DNA from: Candidatus Hadarchaeota archaeon
GTDB taxonomy: Archaea > Hadarchaeota > Hadarchaeia > Hadarchaeales > Hadarchaeaceae
Assembly (NCBI GenBank): GCA_964514965.1
Contig: CAZETV010000001.1
Location: 633,063 to 665,062 of the forward strand
Length of the DNA: 32,000 bases
Reading direction: 5' to 3'
Shown here: piece after piece, positions 1 through 8,655 of the stretch
How positions within the stretch are numbered: position 1 is the first letter of the stretch
How the letters are laid out: every line of letters starts with the position of its first letter
Translations under genes and position numbers: made by a program
Notes under the pieces: model-generated
The model's input: the letters and a program-made list of their open reading frames with translations, nothing else
Databases searched by the model: none
What the model was told of the DNA's origin: nothing

Positions 1-1
1 C

Positions 2-232
2 GATACAATAGTACTTGACCTGACTAAGACAGAGGACCAAGAGGGAACTACTGACATGCCGATAGCAATGATCCCCAGGAAAAAGATGATTACACTACTG
101 CAGATGGACGGCAACTTTACCGGAGAAGAGTTCAAACAAGCCCTGAACCTCGCATTTAAGGGATGTGAGCAGATATACGAAGCACAGCGGCAAGCGCTAA
201 GAGACAAGTATGCAATAAAAAAGGAGGAATAA
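2..232 (+). CDS. rrp41: Exosome complex exonuclease Rrp41, C-terminal fragment (5' end lies outside the window)
   Basis: Frame 2 is open from the window edge to TAA 230-232. The translation ...TTDMPIAMIPRKKMITLLQMDGNFTGEEFKQALNLAFKGCEQIYEAQRQAL resembles the conserved Rrp41 C-terminus. It sits directly upstream of rrp42, as in archaeal exosome operons. Confidence 0.75.
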   Translation, partial: DTIVLDLTKTEDQEGTTDMPIAMIPRKKMITLLQMDGNFTGEEFKQALNLAFKGCEQIYEAQRQALRDKYAIKKEE

Positions 233-235
233 AGC

Positions 236-1006
236 ATGGAAATGTACGGTATAGTTTCGAGCGTAAAGCGTGATTACATCGCCGACCTCGCACGCCAAGA
301 CAAGCGTGTCGGCGCCCGGATGTTGGATCAGTTCCGGGAAGTATCGGTTGACTTTGGCCCAATCAAGAGTGCTCAAGGCTCAGCTCTCGTGAAGATTGGG
401 AAGACACAGGTACTTGCTGGCGTCAAGTTGGAGCACGCTGAGCCATTTACCGACCGGCCGGATAGCGGGGTACTAATCGTCAACGCTGAGCTTTTGCCTT
501 TAGCATCGCCCACCTTCGAGCCGGGGCGACCCGACGAAAATGCGATCGAGCTAGCTCGCGTGGTCGACCGAGGCGTACGTGAGTCGGAGGCAATCGATTT
601 AGAAAAGCTGGCAATAAAATCTGGCGAGGACGTGTGGGCAGTATTCATCGATATTTACGCCCTCGACCACGACGGAAACTTGATAGATGCCTCGGCGCTT
701 GCGGCAATCGCAGCGCTCCTGAATGTAAAGCTGCCTGAAGACGAGGCGTGGACGCTACCTGAGTTCCCGCTACAGGAAAAGCCCGTAGCGGTGACCATAG
801 CGAAAATAAACGGCAAGTTGATGGTTGACCCGTGTCTGGACGAGGAAAGTGTGATGGACGCGCGAATAACCATAGCGACGATCGAGGATGGCAGCATATG
901 CGCGATGCAGAAGGGTGGCATCGGGTATTTCTCGCGGGAGGAGCTAGAGCAGGCCTACGAGCTGGCCCTGGCGAAGGCAACAGAACTTCGAGCAAAATTG
1001 GGGTGA
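236..1006 (+). CDS. rrp42: Exosome complex component Rrp42 (RNase PH-like, non-catalytic)
   Basis: 256-aa ORF whose ATG is preceded by AAGGAGG (221-227). The sequence is RNase PH-like (GSALVKIGKTQVLAGVK, DENAIELARVVDRGVRES). Its position after rrp41 fits the operon. Confidence 0.9.
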   Translation: MEMYGIVSSVKRDYIADLARQDKRVGARMLDQFREVSVDFGPIKSAQGSALVKIGKTQVLAGVKLEHAEPFTDRPDSGVLIVNAELLPLASPTFEPGRPDENAIELARVVDRGVRESEAIDLEKLAIKSGEDVWAVFIDIYALDHDGNLIDASALAAIAALLNVKLPEDEAWTLPEFPLQEKPVAVTIAKINGKLMVDPCLDEESVMDARITIATIEDGSICAMQKGGIGYFSREELEQAYELALAKATELRAKLG

Positions 1007-1010
1007 ACTT

Positions 1011-1277
1011 GTGCCTCATAAGAAGAAAATAGGCTCCATGGGCAAGTTCGGTCCGCGCTATGGAACAAAGATTCGAAAGCTCGCCCTAACGATAGATCAA
1101 AAGCTACAGCAGCGCTACAAATGTCCGAGCTGTGGAGGGCTAAAAGTCAAACGCATTAGCACTTCGATTTGGCAGTGCGGACGTTGCGGGGTGAAGTTTG
1201 CTGGCGCGGCCTACTCATTCTCAGCTCTGGCGCCCCCTACCGAAATGAAAAATTCTAGTGGGGTGGAGGAGAGTTAA
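1011..1277 (+). CDS. rpl37ae: 50S ribosomal protein L37Ae (eL43)
   Basis: GTG start. It has the GKFGPRYGTKIRK motif plus a C4 zinc ribbon (CPSCG...CGRCG), both typical of eL43. Confidence 0.9.
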   Translation: MPHKKKIGSMGKFGPRYGTKIRKLALTIDQKLQQRYKCPSCGGLKVKRISTSIWQCGRCGVKFAGAAYSFSALAPPTEMKNSSGVEES

Positions 1278-1409
1278 GTGTTAAAGTGCGGTAATTGTGG
1301 AATACTAATTGAGAAACTTCCCGAGGGGCGCGTACGCTGTCCTCAGTGTGGATCCCGCATACTGCATAAACCTCGCCAGGAGATTGTCCGTAAAATCAAG
1401 GCGAGGTAA
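1278..1409 (+). CDS. rpoP: DNA-directed RNA polymerase subunit P (Rpo12/RpoP)
   Basis: Not in the supplied ORF track because it is only 43 aa. GTG 1278 abuts the L37Ae stop, and TAA 1407-1409 abuts the next ATG. The translation MLKCGNCGILIEKLPEGRVRCPQCGSRILHKPRQEIVRKIKAR has a CxxC...CxxC zinc ribbon and the conserved position after L37Ae. Confidence 0.8.
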   Translation: MLKCGNCGILIEKLPEGRVRCPQCGSRILHKPRQEIVRKIKAR

Positions 1410-1940
1410 ATGCTGATTTCCACTTCTAGGAAATCAACACAATGTACGAGAATTTTATGCCGGGAACTCGCGCGGGTTCTCCCTGACGCGAAATATGTGC
1501 CGCGTGGGACGAAAACAATAAACAAAATAGCCTCACTTGCAGCCTCACTCGGCTATAATCGTGTGATGGTTGTAAGCAATCTCGGCGGGGGACCGATAGA
1601 ATTAAGATTTTTGGATGTGGGCAATGGCTGGCGATGGCTTGACGCATGGGTCGAGCTGGGCGAGGTCAAGCTCCAGCGAGATCTCGGGCAGAAAATCAAA
1701 CTAGAGAAGGTGAAGGTCTATGCCGAAGAACAAAAGGCGCGAAATCTTGCAAATTTTCTTGGTGAGTTATTGGGCCTAACTGTTTCAAGTGAACTGCCAA
1801 ATACCGGTGCTGTTGTCTTGATAACTTCCAACAACCAGCTTAGGCTCCAGTTACAGTTAAGGCCGAGTCCCGAGGTAATAGGACCGGTGCTGCAAATTAT
1901 GAGTTTTGGGAGATCACGTGGTAAAGACGAAACAAGCTAG
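1410..1940 (+). CDS. Brix domain-containing ribosome biogenesis protein (Imp4-like)
   Basis: 176-aa ORF. The N-terminus LISTSRKSTQCTRILCRELARVLP...PRGTKTINKI looks like archaeal Brix proteins. It occupies the conserved superoperon position. Confidence 0.8.
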   Translation: MLISTSRKSTQCTRILCRELARVLPDAKYVPRGTKTINKIASLAASLGYNRVMVVSNLGGGPIELRFLDVGNGWRWLDAWVELGEVKLQRDLGQKIKLEKVKVYAEEQKARNLANFLGELLGLTVSSELPNTGAVVLITSNNQLRLQLQLRPSPEVIGPVLQIMSFGRSRGKDETS

Positions 1941-2178
1941 CGCAACGGTCGAGTTCACCTTCCGAACCTCGCGCGAAGCAGGAGCAGTACAAAAGGCGCT
2001 CAACCCCGAGGAAGCATTGCCCGCCTCGACGCGGTGTAAGGCTAACATCCAGCGCAGGAAAAACGTTTTATGCTTGCGGGTAGATGCAGAAAACACAGCA
2101 GCTTTGCGTGCGGCGTTAAATTCGTTCCTCAGATGGACAATCGTCGCGCGCGATATGATTAAACCAAGGAGAAAATAA
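1918..2178 (+). CDS. pcc1: KEOPS complex subunit Pcc1
   Basis: The ORF is open from 1906 (TTG); GTG 1918 is a plausible start. It carries the signature LRAALNSFLRW, an A.VEF.F...EA pattern, and a conserved position before prefoldin beta. It overlaps the Brix gene 3' end. Confidence 0.75.
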   Translation: MVKTKQASATVEFTFRTSREAGAVQKALNPEEALPASTRCKANIQRRKNVLCLRVDAENTAALRAALNSFLRWTIVARDMIKPRRK

Positions 2179-2544
2179 ATGGAAAAGCTATCACCTCAGC
2201 TGCGCCATCAGTTCGCGCAGTTCCAGCAGGCCCAGCAGCAAGCTCAGGCTTTGATGACGCAGAAGCAACAGCTCGAGCTGCTCATGCGGGAAACCGAACG
2301 GGCCCTCGGGGAACTCGATAAACTTCAAGAGGGTGCTGCAGTCTACAAGAGCGTGGGAACCATCTTAGTCAAATCAGAACGGGAAGAACTCAAAAAAAGT
2401 TTGAACGAGCAGAAAGAGACCCTTGACTTGCGAATCAAAACGCTCGGGCGTCAAGAGGAACGTATCGTCCAGCGCCTGCGCGAAATGCGCGAGAAGCTCG
2501 ATGAGGCCCTCAAAGGAAAGCAGCTTGGCGAAGAAGCAGCATAG
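2179..2544 (+). CDS. pfdB: Prefoldin subunit beta
   Basis: 121 aa. It has two coiled-coil arms flanking a central VYKSVGTILVKSEREE beta-hairpin region, which is typical of prefoldin beta. Confidence 0.9.
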   Translation: MEKLSPQLRHQFAQFQQAQQQAQALMTQKQQLELLMRETERALGELDKLQEGAAVYKSVGTILVKSEREELKKSLNEQKETLDLRIKTLGRQEERIVQRLREMREKLDEALKGKQLGEEAA

Positions 2545-2558
2545 CCCGAGCTGAAATC

Positions 2559-3542
2559 ATGAAAGAAATAGCTAATTTTCTAGCGGAAGCTGCTAGGCAC
2601 AAGCAGCGAATTTTAGTGCTTTGTCATCACAATGCCGACCCAGACGCCGCCGCTAGCGCAATAGTGCTCGCCGAAGCTCTCAACCATTTAGGCGCGCAGG
2701 CTCAGGCTGGGGTTTCGGAGGATATCAGCCTTATTTCCCAAAACGTTTTGAAAACTTTCGACCGAAAAATCATAATAAATCCCCCGCTTGACGCAGACCT
2801 CGTTGTACTCGTTGACACTTCAAGCTTGGAACATCTTGGTAAGCTTGGCGAGCAACTGAGGAAAGGAATGTCTAAGCTGGTAGTGATCGACCACCATCGT
2901 CCAGTCGAGGCGATGAAGCAACTAGCGACTTCGTATTTTGTTCGAGAGGAGTTTACCTCAGAGGCTGAACTTATTCTACAGCTGCTCAAGAAGCTGGGGA
3001 TGGAGCCTACCCCTGAGCAGGCTTCTTTGTTGTTCGCCGGAATCATCAGCGACACCGGACACTTCAGGTTCGCGAAGGATGAAACATTTGAAGCAGTGCA
3101 TCATCTCCTCAAGGCAGGGGGCGATTACGCACGCGTTAGTGAGAGTCTAAGATTACCCGAGGATTATTCTAAACGCGTCGCAATGTTGAAAGCCGCCTCA
3201 CGCGTGGAGCTCCGCCGGATTCATAAACGTTTGGTGGTGTTTTCCGAGCTAGGCTCCTTTGAGGGGGACGCAGCCGGGATGCTAGTGCGAATTGGAGCAG
3301 ATGCAGCGTTCGTGGGCTCGGAGGAAAAAGGAGAGGTGAGGATCAGTGGGCGAGCGCGCCAAGAGACCTTGAAATTAACAGAACTTCACTTGGGCGAACT
3401 AATGGAAGAGATGGGGAAACAGTTCGAGGGAAGTGGAGGAGGCCATGCAGGTGCAGCAAGCATGCATGGCAAAGGGAAGCTTGAAGAAGTCAAAAAATAT
3501 CTGTTTGGGCTACTACAACAGAAATTAAAGCCGACGAAATAA
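2559..3542 (+). CDS. DHH/DHHA1 family phosphoesterase (NrnA/RecJ-like)
   Basis: It carries the HHNADPDAAASA, VIDHH, SDTGHFRF and GGGHAGAA motifs of the DHH and DHHA1 domains. Confidence 0.8.
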   Translation: MKEIANFLAEAARHKQRILVLCHHNADPDAAASAIVLAEALNHLGAQAQAGVSEDISLISQNVLKTFDRKIIINPPLDADLVVLVDTSSLEHLGKLGEQLRKGMSKLVVIDHHRPVEAMKQLATSYFVREEFTSEAELILQLLKKLGMEPTPEQASLLFAGIISDTGHFRFAKDETFEAVHHLLKAGGDYARVSESLRLPEDYSKRVAMLKAASRVELRRIHKRLVVFSELGSFEGDAAGMLVRIGADAAFVGSEEKGEVRISGRARQETLKLTELHLGELMEEMGKQFEGSGGGHAGAASMHGKGKLEEVKKYLFGLLQQKLKPTK

Positions 3543-3549
3543 AAGTGGT

Positions 3550-4481
3550 TTGATGGTAGTTTCGGCTGAAGACCTATCGGAGTTAGAACTCGCTGGGTAT
3601 CGTTTCTTGGGAGAGCACAAACACAGCGCAGTAAAAGTCTGTCACTGGACTCGAAAGAGCTTGCTTAATCATGAGATTTGCTATAAAGAACGCTTTTATG
3701 GACGAGAACTTGGCATTCGGAGCCATCGATGTCTTCAGCTCACTCCTAGCCTACCTTTCTGTAACCACCGTTGCGTTTACTGCTGGAGAAATACCGATGT
3801 GACAACTCCGAGCTGGGTCGGCGAGTTCGATGAGCCAGCAGATATTTTGGACGGAGCAATTTCAGCGCAGAAAAAGCTGCTCAGCGGATTCGGTGGCAAT
3901 CCCAATGCGGACAAAAAAAAGTTAAAGGAAGCTCAGGAACCAAAACACTGCGCGATTTCGTTAGCTGGGGAACCGACTTTTTATCCTGGTATCAATGAAT
4001 TAATCGAGGAGTGTGGTAGGCGGGGGATGACTAGTTTTTTAGTCACAAATGGTACGCACCAGAAGTTTTGGAACGTATCGCCGAACCCACACAGCTTTAT
4101 ATCTCCGTTGTCGCCCCAGACCCCGAAACTTACAAGGTTGTCTGCCGACCAACAGTCTCCGACGGCTGGAAGCGATTGAACCAAAGCTTAGAACTCATGT
4201 CGTGTTTAAAGTGCAGGAAAGCAATCCGACTAACTTTAGTTAAAGGGCTCAACCTCAAGAAACCTGAACAATACGCAAAAATAATCGAGAAAGCTGGGGC
4301 AGATTTCATCGAAGCCAAGGCCTATATGTTCGTCGGGTTTTCTCGAAAGAGGCTGATGATGGAAAACATGCCCCTGTATGATGAGGTAAACGGGTTCGCC
4401 AGAGAGTTAGCTAGGGAGATCGGTTACTCTATCGCAGGAGAGTCTAGACCAAGTCGGGTGGTACTGTTAAAAAAGGCATGA
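3550..4481 (+). pseudogene. taw1: tRNA 4-demethylwyosine synthase Taw1/TYW1 (radical SAM), split by a 1-nt frameshift near 4057-4061 (true pseudogene or assembly indel)
   Basis: ORF 3550-4179 carries KHSAVKVCHWTRKSL and the radical-SAM cluster CNHRCVYCW up to ...SFLVTNGTH. The homologous continuation PEVLERIAEPTQLYISVVAPDPETYKVVCRP... is in the -1 frame (ORF 4068-4481). After the shift, the tail of the first frame is P/S-rich nonsense. Confidence 0.8.
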
Positions 4482-4521
4482 GCGGCGGGTTCTTATTATC
4501 GTCCTGTCTTTTTAAGAAGAC

Positions 4522-5628
4522 TTACCACGCAGGACCTTTATTCTTTTCTTCTTCCCACCGCTCTCTAACCATTCCAGCATATTGGTGGTAGTTTTCAATG
4601 ATATTTTCCCAGATATTCTCTCCAGCCCATTCTTGCTTCATGTTCTCCCACTGATTTCTCCACGTGTGCCATTGAAGTGCGAACTCAGGTTCCCATTCGT
4701 CGGCGTGCTCTAGAATCTTCTCAGCGTCGCTAAGATGAACTTTTGCGGCGTAGATAAGAGCAAGTGCTCTCCTAGTTTTCCCCTCTTCGAAACCGGCCAC
4801 CGCTTTGTCCTTAAGATCAACGGCTACTTCAACCAATCGTTCTGCTGCGTGCTTACCATCGGTATTTTCTGGGGCACCTTCTAACATTATTTGGACTTCG
4901 ACCAGCGAGGTATTGAACTCTTCCAGCTTATTCTCGAATGCCTCACTTAGATTGGGGAAATTTTCCATGCTTATGTTTATTTCAACGTTCTCCGTGACAT
5001 CCAAATCGGCGAGCGCATTATCTATGTCAAAATACACATCCACATCCATCGGTTTGTTTATTTGCGTGCGGTATCTATTCGTGATGTTCTCTATTGTTTC
5101 CCTAATCAGCCACAAACGTGCACGGATTTGCGCGCGTAGCTCGTGTGTATTCCCACTTTGTTCTAAGTTTTCGCACTCTCTTATGCAGTTTTCAATCCAC
5201 TCAGCTGCGGGCGTATTATCCAGCTCTTGCTTCAGCTGCTGACATAGTTCTCCATACAACTTTAGCTGCACCATGCCAATTTCAGGCATTTGCTCTTGCA
5301 TCCATTGCACGATTTCTTGTTTCGTTTCAACGTCTCCCGGAACAACCTCACGCATTTTCTCCACGAATTCTTCGAGGGTTTCCTTATAGGCTAAGCCCTT
5401 TCCGCGATTGACTAAACTGACATACTCTCCCCAGCGTTCTTTCATCTGATCTTCGTCGCTGACCATCCTAATTTGCTCGCCTAGGCGCTCAAGCCCGTAG
5501 AACGGTGAGTCGGGGTCAACATGCACAGTGTCAACTATCACAGGAGTTGCCACTCCCGCACCAATTGACGCGGCAATGATTACTACTGCTGTTATCGCCG
5601 CGACGCCCTTCTGTTCAGTTCCAAACAT
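4522..5628 (-). CDS. Membrane-anchored or secreted alpha-helical protein of unknown function (DUF5667-like N-terminal motif)
   Basis: 368 aa. The N-terminus MFGTEQKG-VAAITAVVIIAASIGAGVA is a short charged leader, Gly, then a hydrophobic helix. It has a PDSPFYGLERLGEQIR motif and an E/W-rich C-terminus. Confidence 0.6.
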   Translation of the reverse strand: MFGTEQKGVAAITAVVIIAASIGAGVATPVIVDTVHVDPDSPFYGLERLGEQIRMVSDEDQMKERWGEYVSLVNRGKGLAYKETLEEFVEKMREVVPGDVETKQEIVQWMQEQMPEIGMVQLKLYGELCQQLKQELDNTPAAEWIENCIRECENLEQSGNTHELRAQIRARLWLIRETIENITNRYRTQINKPMDVDVYFDIDNALADLDVTENVEINISMENFPNLSEAFENKLEEFNTSLVEVQIMLEGAPENTDGKHAAERLVEVAVDLKDKAVAGFEEGKTRRALALIYAAKVHLSDAEKILEHADEWEPEFALQWHTWRNQWENMKQEWAGENIWENIIENYHQYAGMVRERWEEEKNKGPAW

Positions 5629-5774
5629 TTTTCTCCTCTTTTTTTATTCGGGTTTAGCTCCCCATACGGCCCCTATCGCGCGTACGGTTCATTGATTGTC
5701 AGGTAAAATTTTGGAAAAAGGGTATTTAGCAAATCTCGAAAGACCGTCCAATTCTAATTCAGTTCCAGCTCTAG

Positions 5775-5801
5775 AAACCGATTTGTAAGTAAAAACCGAT
5801 T
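5775..5801. repeat. Direct repeat AAACCGATT x2 (5775-5783 and 5793-5801, 18-bp period) in a divergent intergenic region
   Basis: I read two exact 9-mer copies in the sequence. They lie about 75-100 bp upstream of the TATA-like element of the HTH gene. Confidence 0.6.
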
Positions 5802-5874
5802 ATTTTCCCCTCTTTATCGTTCAAATAAACCTAATAACTCTGATTTTTGGTTTTGGGGCCATTTTTACTTCTAA

Positions 5875-5883
5875 AAATTTATA
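5875..5883 (+). promoter_or_regulatory. TATA-box-like element AAATTTATA
   Basis: An AT-rich element about 30 nt upstream of ATG 5910. This spacing is compatible with a leaderless or short-leader archaeal transcript. Confidence 0.4.
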
Positions 5884-5909
5884 CGGCCAATACCTCATAT
5901 GGTCAACTG

Positions 5910-6341
5910 ATGACACTTAGGGAAGCATTTGGCATAATTGCGTTGGTTGTGCTACTCCAGCTTTGCTTGGGTATTTTGATCTACGTGATAACACCAACTC
6001 CCGGCTTAGAACTATACTCGATTGCTATTGCGATCGCAGTAATGGCGGCAGTCGCTGGGTCAATCGCAACGGTGCTCGTCTTTGTCTTCAAACGCTACGC
6101 TTCCGAACGCACTTTGCGGATAGCTTTAATGGTCCTCACTGATGATGAGCGTCGGGTCTTCGAGGCAATTGTGCGCTCGGGCGGTGAGGCTTACCAAGAC
6201 AAACTCAGGCGCGAGCTCGACATGTCCAAGTCCAAGCTAAGCGCCCTCGTAAACAATCTCGAACGGAAGCACGCGATAACGAAGACGCGATACTGGAAGA
6301 CGAATATTTTAAAGGTGAGCAAGGAGTTCAGTGGGCGGTAA
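5910..6341 (+). CDS. Membrane-tethered winged-helix (MarR/COG2512-like) transcriptional regulator
   Basis: Two N-terminal TM helices are followed by LTDDERRVFEAIVRSGGEAYQDKLRRELDMSKSKLSALVNNLERKHAITK (wHTH). The ORF is open from TTG 5847, but ATG 5910 fits the upstream TATA better. Confidence 0.6.
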   Translation: MTLREAFGIIALVVLLQLCLGILIYVITPTPGLELYSIAIAIAVMAAVAGSIATVLVFVFKRYASERTLRIALMVLTDDERRVFEAIVRSGGEAYQDKLRRELDMSKSKLSALVNNLERKHAITKTRYWKTNILKVSKEFSGR

Positions 6342-6454
6342 ACAAGACTGAACCATTAGTAAAGTGATTGAGTTCGTCTGGCGCAATTCTTCACGTTGTC
6401 TCTTTTGCGTAAGCCTTGAATAGGCTGGCCACCTAGATAGATGAGGTAGACTTA

Positions 6455-7075
6455 ATGGAAATGCTCAAACAAATGCGTGAGCACTTCGACGCTCAAGAGA
6501 AACTTCGTGAAAGGATGTTGGACGCATCGCGAGAGGTCATCAGGGTCTCCGCCCGAGCCATAGCCGCGACTCATCGTGAGGATCAAGCAAGTGCTGACAA
6601 ATTCTTATCAAAAGCTCGCGATGTACTTATGACTCTCGAGGAGGCCGTGAAGGCAGAACCCCACTTGGCTAATTCAGGCATCACACTCTCGGCTTACCAA
6701 GAGTACGGGGAAGCCACATTGGTTCAGAAACTAATTCGTGATGGAAAACTGTTGACGCCAGAGGAGCTTAACATCCCTTATAAACCATACCTTGCAGCCC
6801 TCGCGGATGCGGCAGGTGAGCTCAGACGGCACGCGCTTGACTTGATAAGAGCCGACGAGGTCGAGCGGGCAGAGCAAGCGCTCAAACTCATGGAGGAAAT
6901 ATTTGAGCTGCTGATGGAGTTCGACTACCCAGATGCTATTTTGCCCGGGATGAAGAGAAAGCAGGACATGGTTCGACGAGTGCTTGAGAACACACGAGGG
7001 GACCTCACAATCGCCATCCGACAGCAAAAGCTTAAACGTGCTCTTGAGCGAGCCGAGCGAGGAAGCAGTGAATGA
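6455..7075 (+). CDS. Translin-family protein (COG2178-like, predicted nucleic-acid binding)
   Basis: 206-aa all-helical protein. It shows the YQEYGEA..., YLAALADAAGELRRHALD and MKRKQDMVRRVLENTRGDL patterns typical of archaeal translin-like proteins. Its stop overlaps the sepS start (ATGA, 7072-7075). Confidence 0.65.
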   Translation: MEMLKQMREHFDAQEKLRERMLDASREVIRVSARAIAATHREDQASADKFLSKARDVLMTLEEAVKAEPHLANSGITLSAYQEYGEATLVQKLIRDGKLLTPEELNIPYKPYLAALADAAGELRRHALDLIRADEVERAEQALKLMEEIFELLMEFDYPDAILPGMKRKQDMVRRVLENTRGDLTIAIRQQKLKRALERAERGSSE

Positions 7076-8655
7076 AGAAATTCGACATCCGACAGCTAAG
7101 AGCAAGCGCGAAGAAAGATTACGAGAGAGCTTGGCTCGAAAGCGCCGAGTTAATGGAAAAAAGGGGAAAACTTTTTTCACTCAAGAATAAAACGAAATCT
7201 CACCCCTTGTTCGAACTAATCGAGCGCGCGCGCCGTGCCATGCTTGAACTCGGATTCACAGAAACAGTTGCGCCAATGATTGTGGACAAGAAAGAAGTTT
7301 ATGCCCAATATGGACCCGAAGCGCCTGTCATCCTTGATCGAGTTTTCTTCCTTGCGGGATTGGAGCGTCCAGACATAGGCATCAGCCAAAAGAAAATCCA
7401 AGAAATCCGCAAGCTAGTACCGGACTTTAAGGAGATTGAGAAACTTCAAGGAATTTTCAGGCGGTATAAACGAGGGGAGGTAGTAGCGGACGATTTGGTC
7501 GAGGTTATGGTTAAAGAGCTGGGCATACACGAAGAGCAGGCAACCGGACTACTTGCGCTTTTTGGAGAACTTAAGGAGCTGAAACCCGTGCCGATGGACC
7601 TAACATTACGATCTCACACCACTGCGGGTTGGTTTTTGGTTTTACGTGAGCTACAGCGGCGCGAGCCTCTGCCACTCCAGCTATTCTTAATAGGCCCAAA
7701 GTTCAGGCGGGAACAGAAACTCGACTCGACGCATCTCTATGAGTCGTGGACGGCATCGATGGTCATCGCCGCTGAAAAGATAAGTCTTGAGGACGGGGAA
7801 CGAATAACTCGAAAAATATTGGACAAGCTGGGATTCGCAGAAGTGAAATTCTCTATAAAAACTGCAACTTCGAAATACTATGCACCACAAATGGAGTTTG
7901 AGATTTTCGTCAAACACCCCAAGACAAACGAGTTCATAGAGGTGGGCGATGCAGGATTTTACAGCCCAGTCGCTCTCAGCCATTATGACATCGCTTTCCC
8001 CGTCTTCAACCTAGGCATAGGACTCGAGCGCGTTTTAATGATCCAAACGGGCGAGACTGACATACGCGCCTTGATATACCCCTATCTCTACAAAGCCGCT
8101 GAATTCTCGGACAAGGAACTAGCAGACACGATAAAGCGCGAACGTGAGCCGGAAACCGAGACTGGCCAAGCAATAGCCGCAGCAATTACCAAAACAGCAC
8201 AGCAGCACGCCGACGAGCCGAGCCCATGCGAGTTCAAAGCATTTGAGGGCAAACTTAGAGGTAAGCGAGTTATCGTGAGAGTGGTAGAATCCGAGCGCGA
8301 CACGAAGCTCATAGGACCCGCGGGCTTCAACGAGATTTACGTTTATGACGGCAACGTTGTAGGTGTGCCACCAAAGGGTTGGGAAAAAGATGAATTTTTG
8401 AATTCTGTCCGAGAAAAGGGAGTCTTAACCGGTATCAATTATATCAGCGCTTTCGCGGCCCTCGCGGCGCAGGAAATCGAACGAGCTGCAAAAAGTGGCA
8501 AAACACAGGTGAAGGTGCGCGCTCGAGCAGCAAAATTTCTGAGCGACATCAACTTGGTAATCGACGAGGCAGCGCAACGCTACATAACCGCGAACAAGAA
8601 GCGTATCGATGTTCGAGGACCAGTTTTCACCACGGTGATCGCGGATTTCGAATAG
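7072..8655 (+). CDS. sepS: O-phosphoserine--tRNA(Cys) ligase (SepRS)
   Basis: 527 aa with strong recalled similarity to methanogen SepRS: HPLFELIERARRAMLELGF, YGPEAPVILDRVFFLAGLERPDIG, LTLRSHTTAGWF, FRREQK, KYYAPQMEFEIF, FNLGIGLERVLMI. Confidence 0.9.
   Translation: MKKFDIRQLRASAKKDYERAWLESAELMEKRGKLFSLKNKTKSHPLFELIERARRAMLELGFTETVAPMIVDKKEVYAQYGPEAPVILDRVFFLAGLERPDIGISQKKIQEIRKLVPDFKEIEKLQGIFRRYKRGEVVADDLVEVMVKELGIHEEQATGLLALFGELKELKPVPMDLTLRSHTTAGWFLVLRELQRREPLPLQLFLIGPKFRREQKLDSTHLYESWTASMVIAAEKISLEDGERITRKILDKLGFAEVKFSIKTATSKYYAPQMEFEIFVKHPKTNEFIEVGDAGFYSPVALSHYDIAFPVFNLGIGLERVLMIQTGETDIRALIYPYLYKAAEFSDKELADTIKREREPETETGQAIAAAITKTAQQHADEPSPCEFKAFEGKLRGKRVIVRVVESERDTKLIGPAGFNEIYVYDGNVVGVPPKGWEKDEFLNSVREKGVLTGINYISAFAALAAQEIERAAKSGKTQVKVRARAAKFLSDINLVIDEAAQRYITANKKRIDVRGPVFTTVIADFE

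Noticed and set aside
4051-4070. Programmed -1 ribosomal frameshift in taw1
   Set aside because: There is no X-XXY-YYZ slippery heptamer at the junction (GGT ACG CAC CAG AAG) and I could not draw an obvious downstream stem-loop. A mutation or an assembly indel is more parsimonious.
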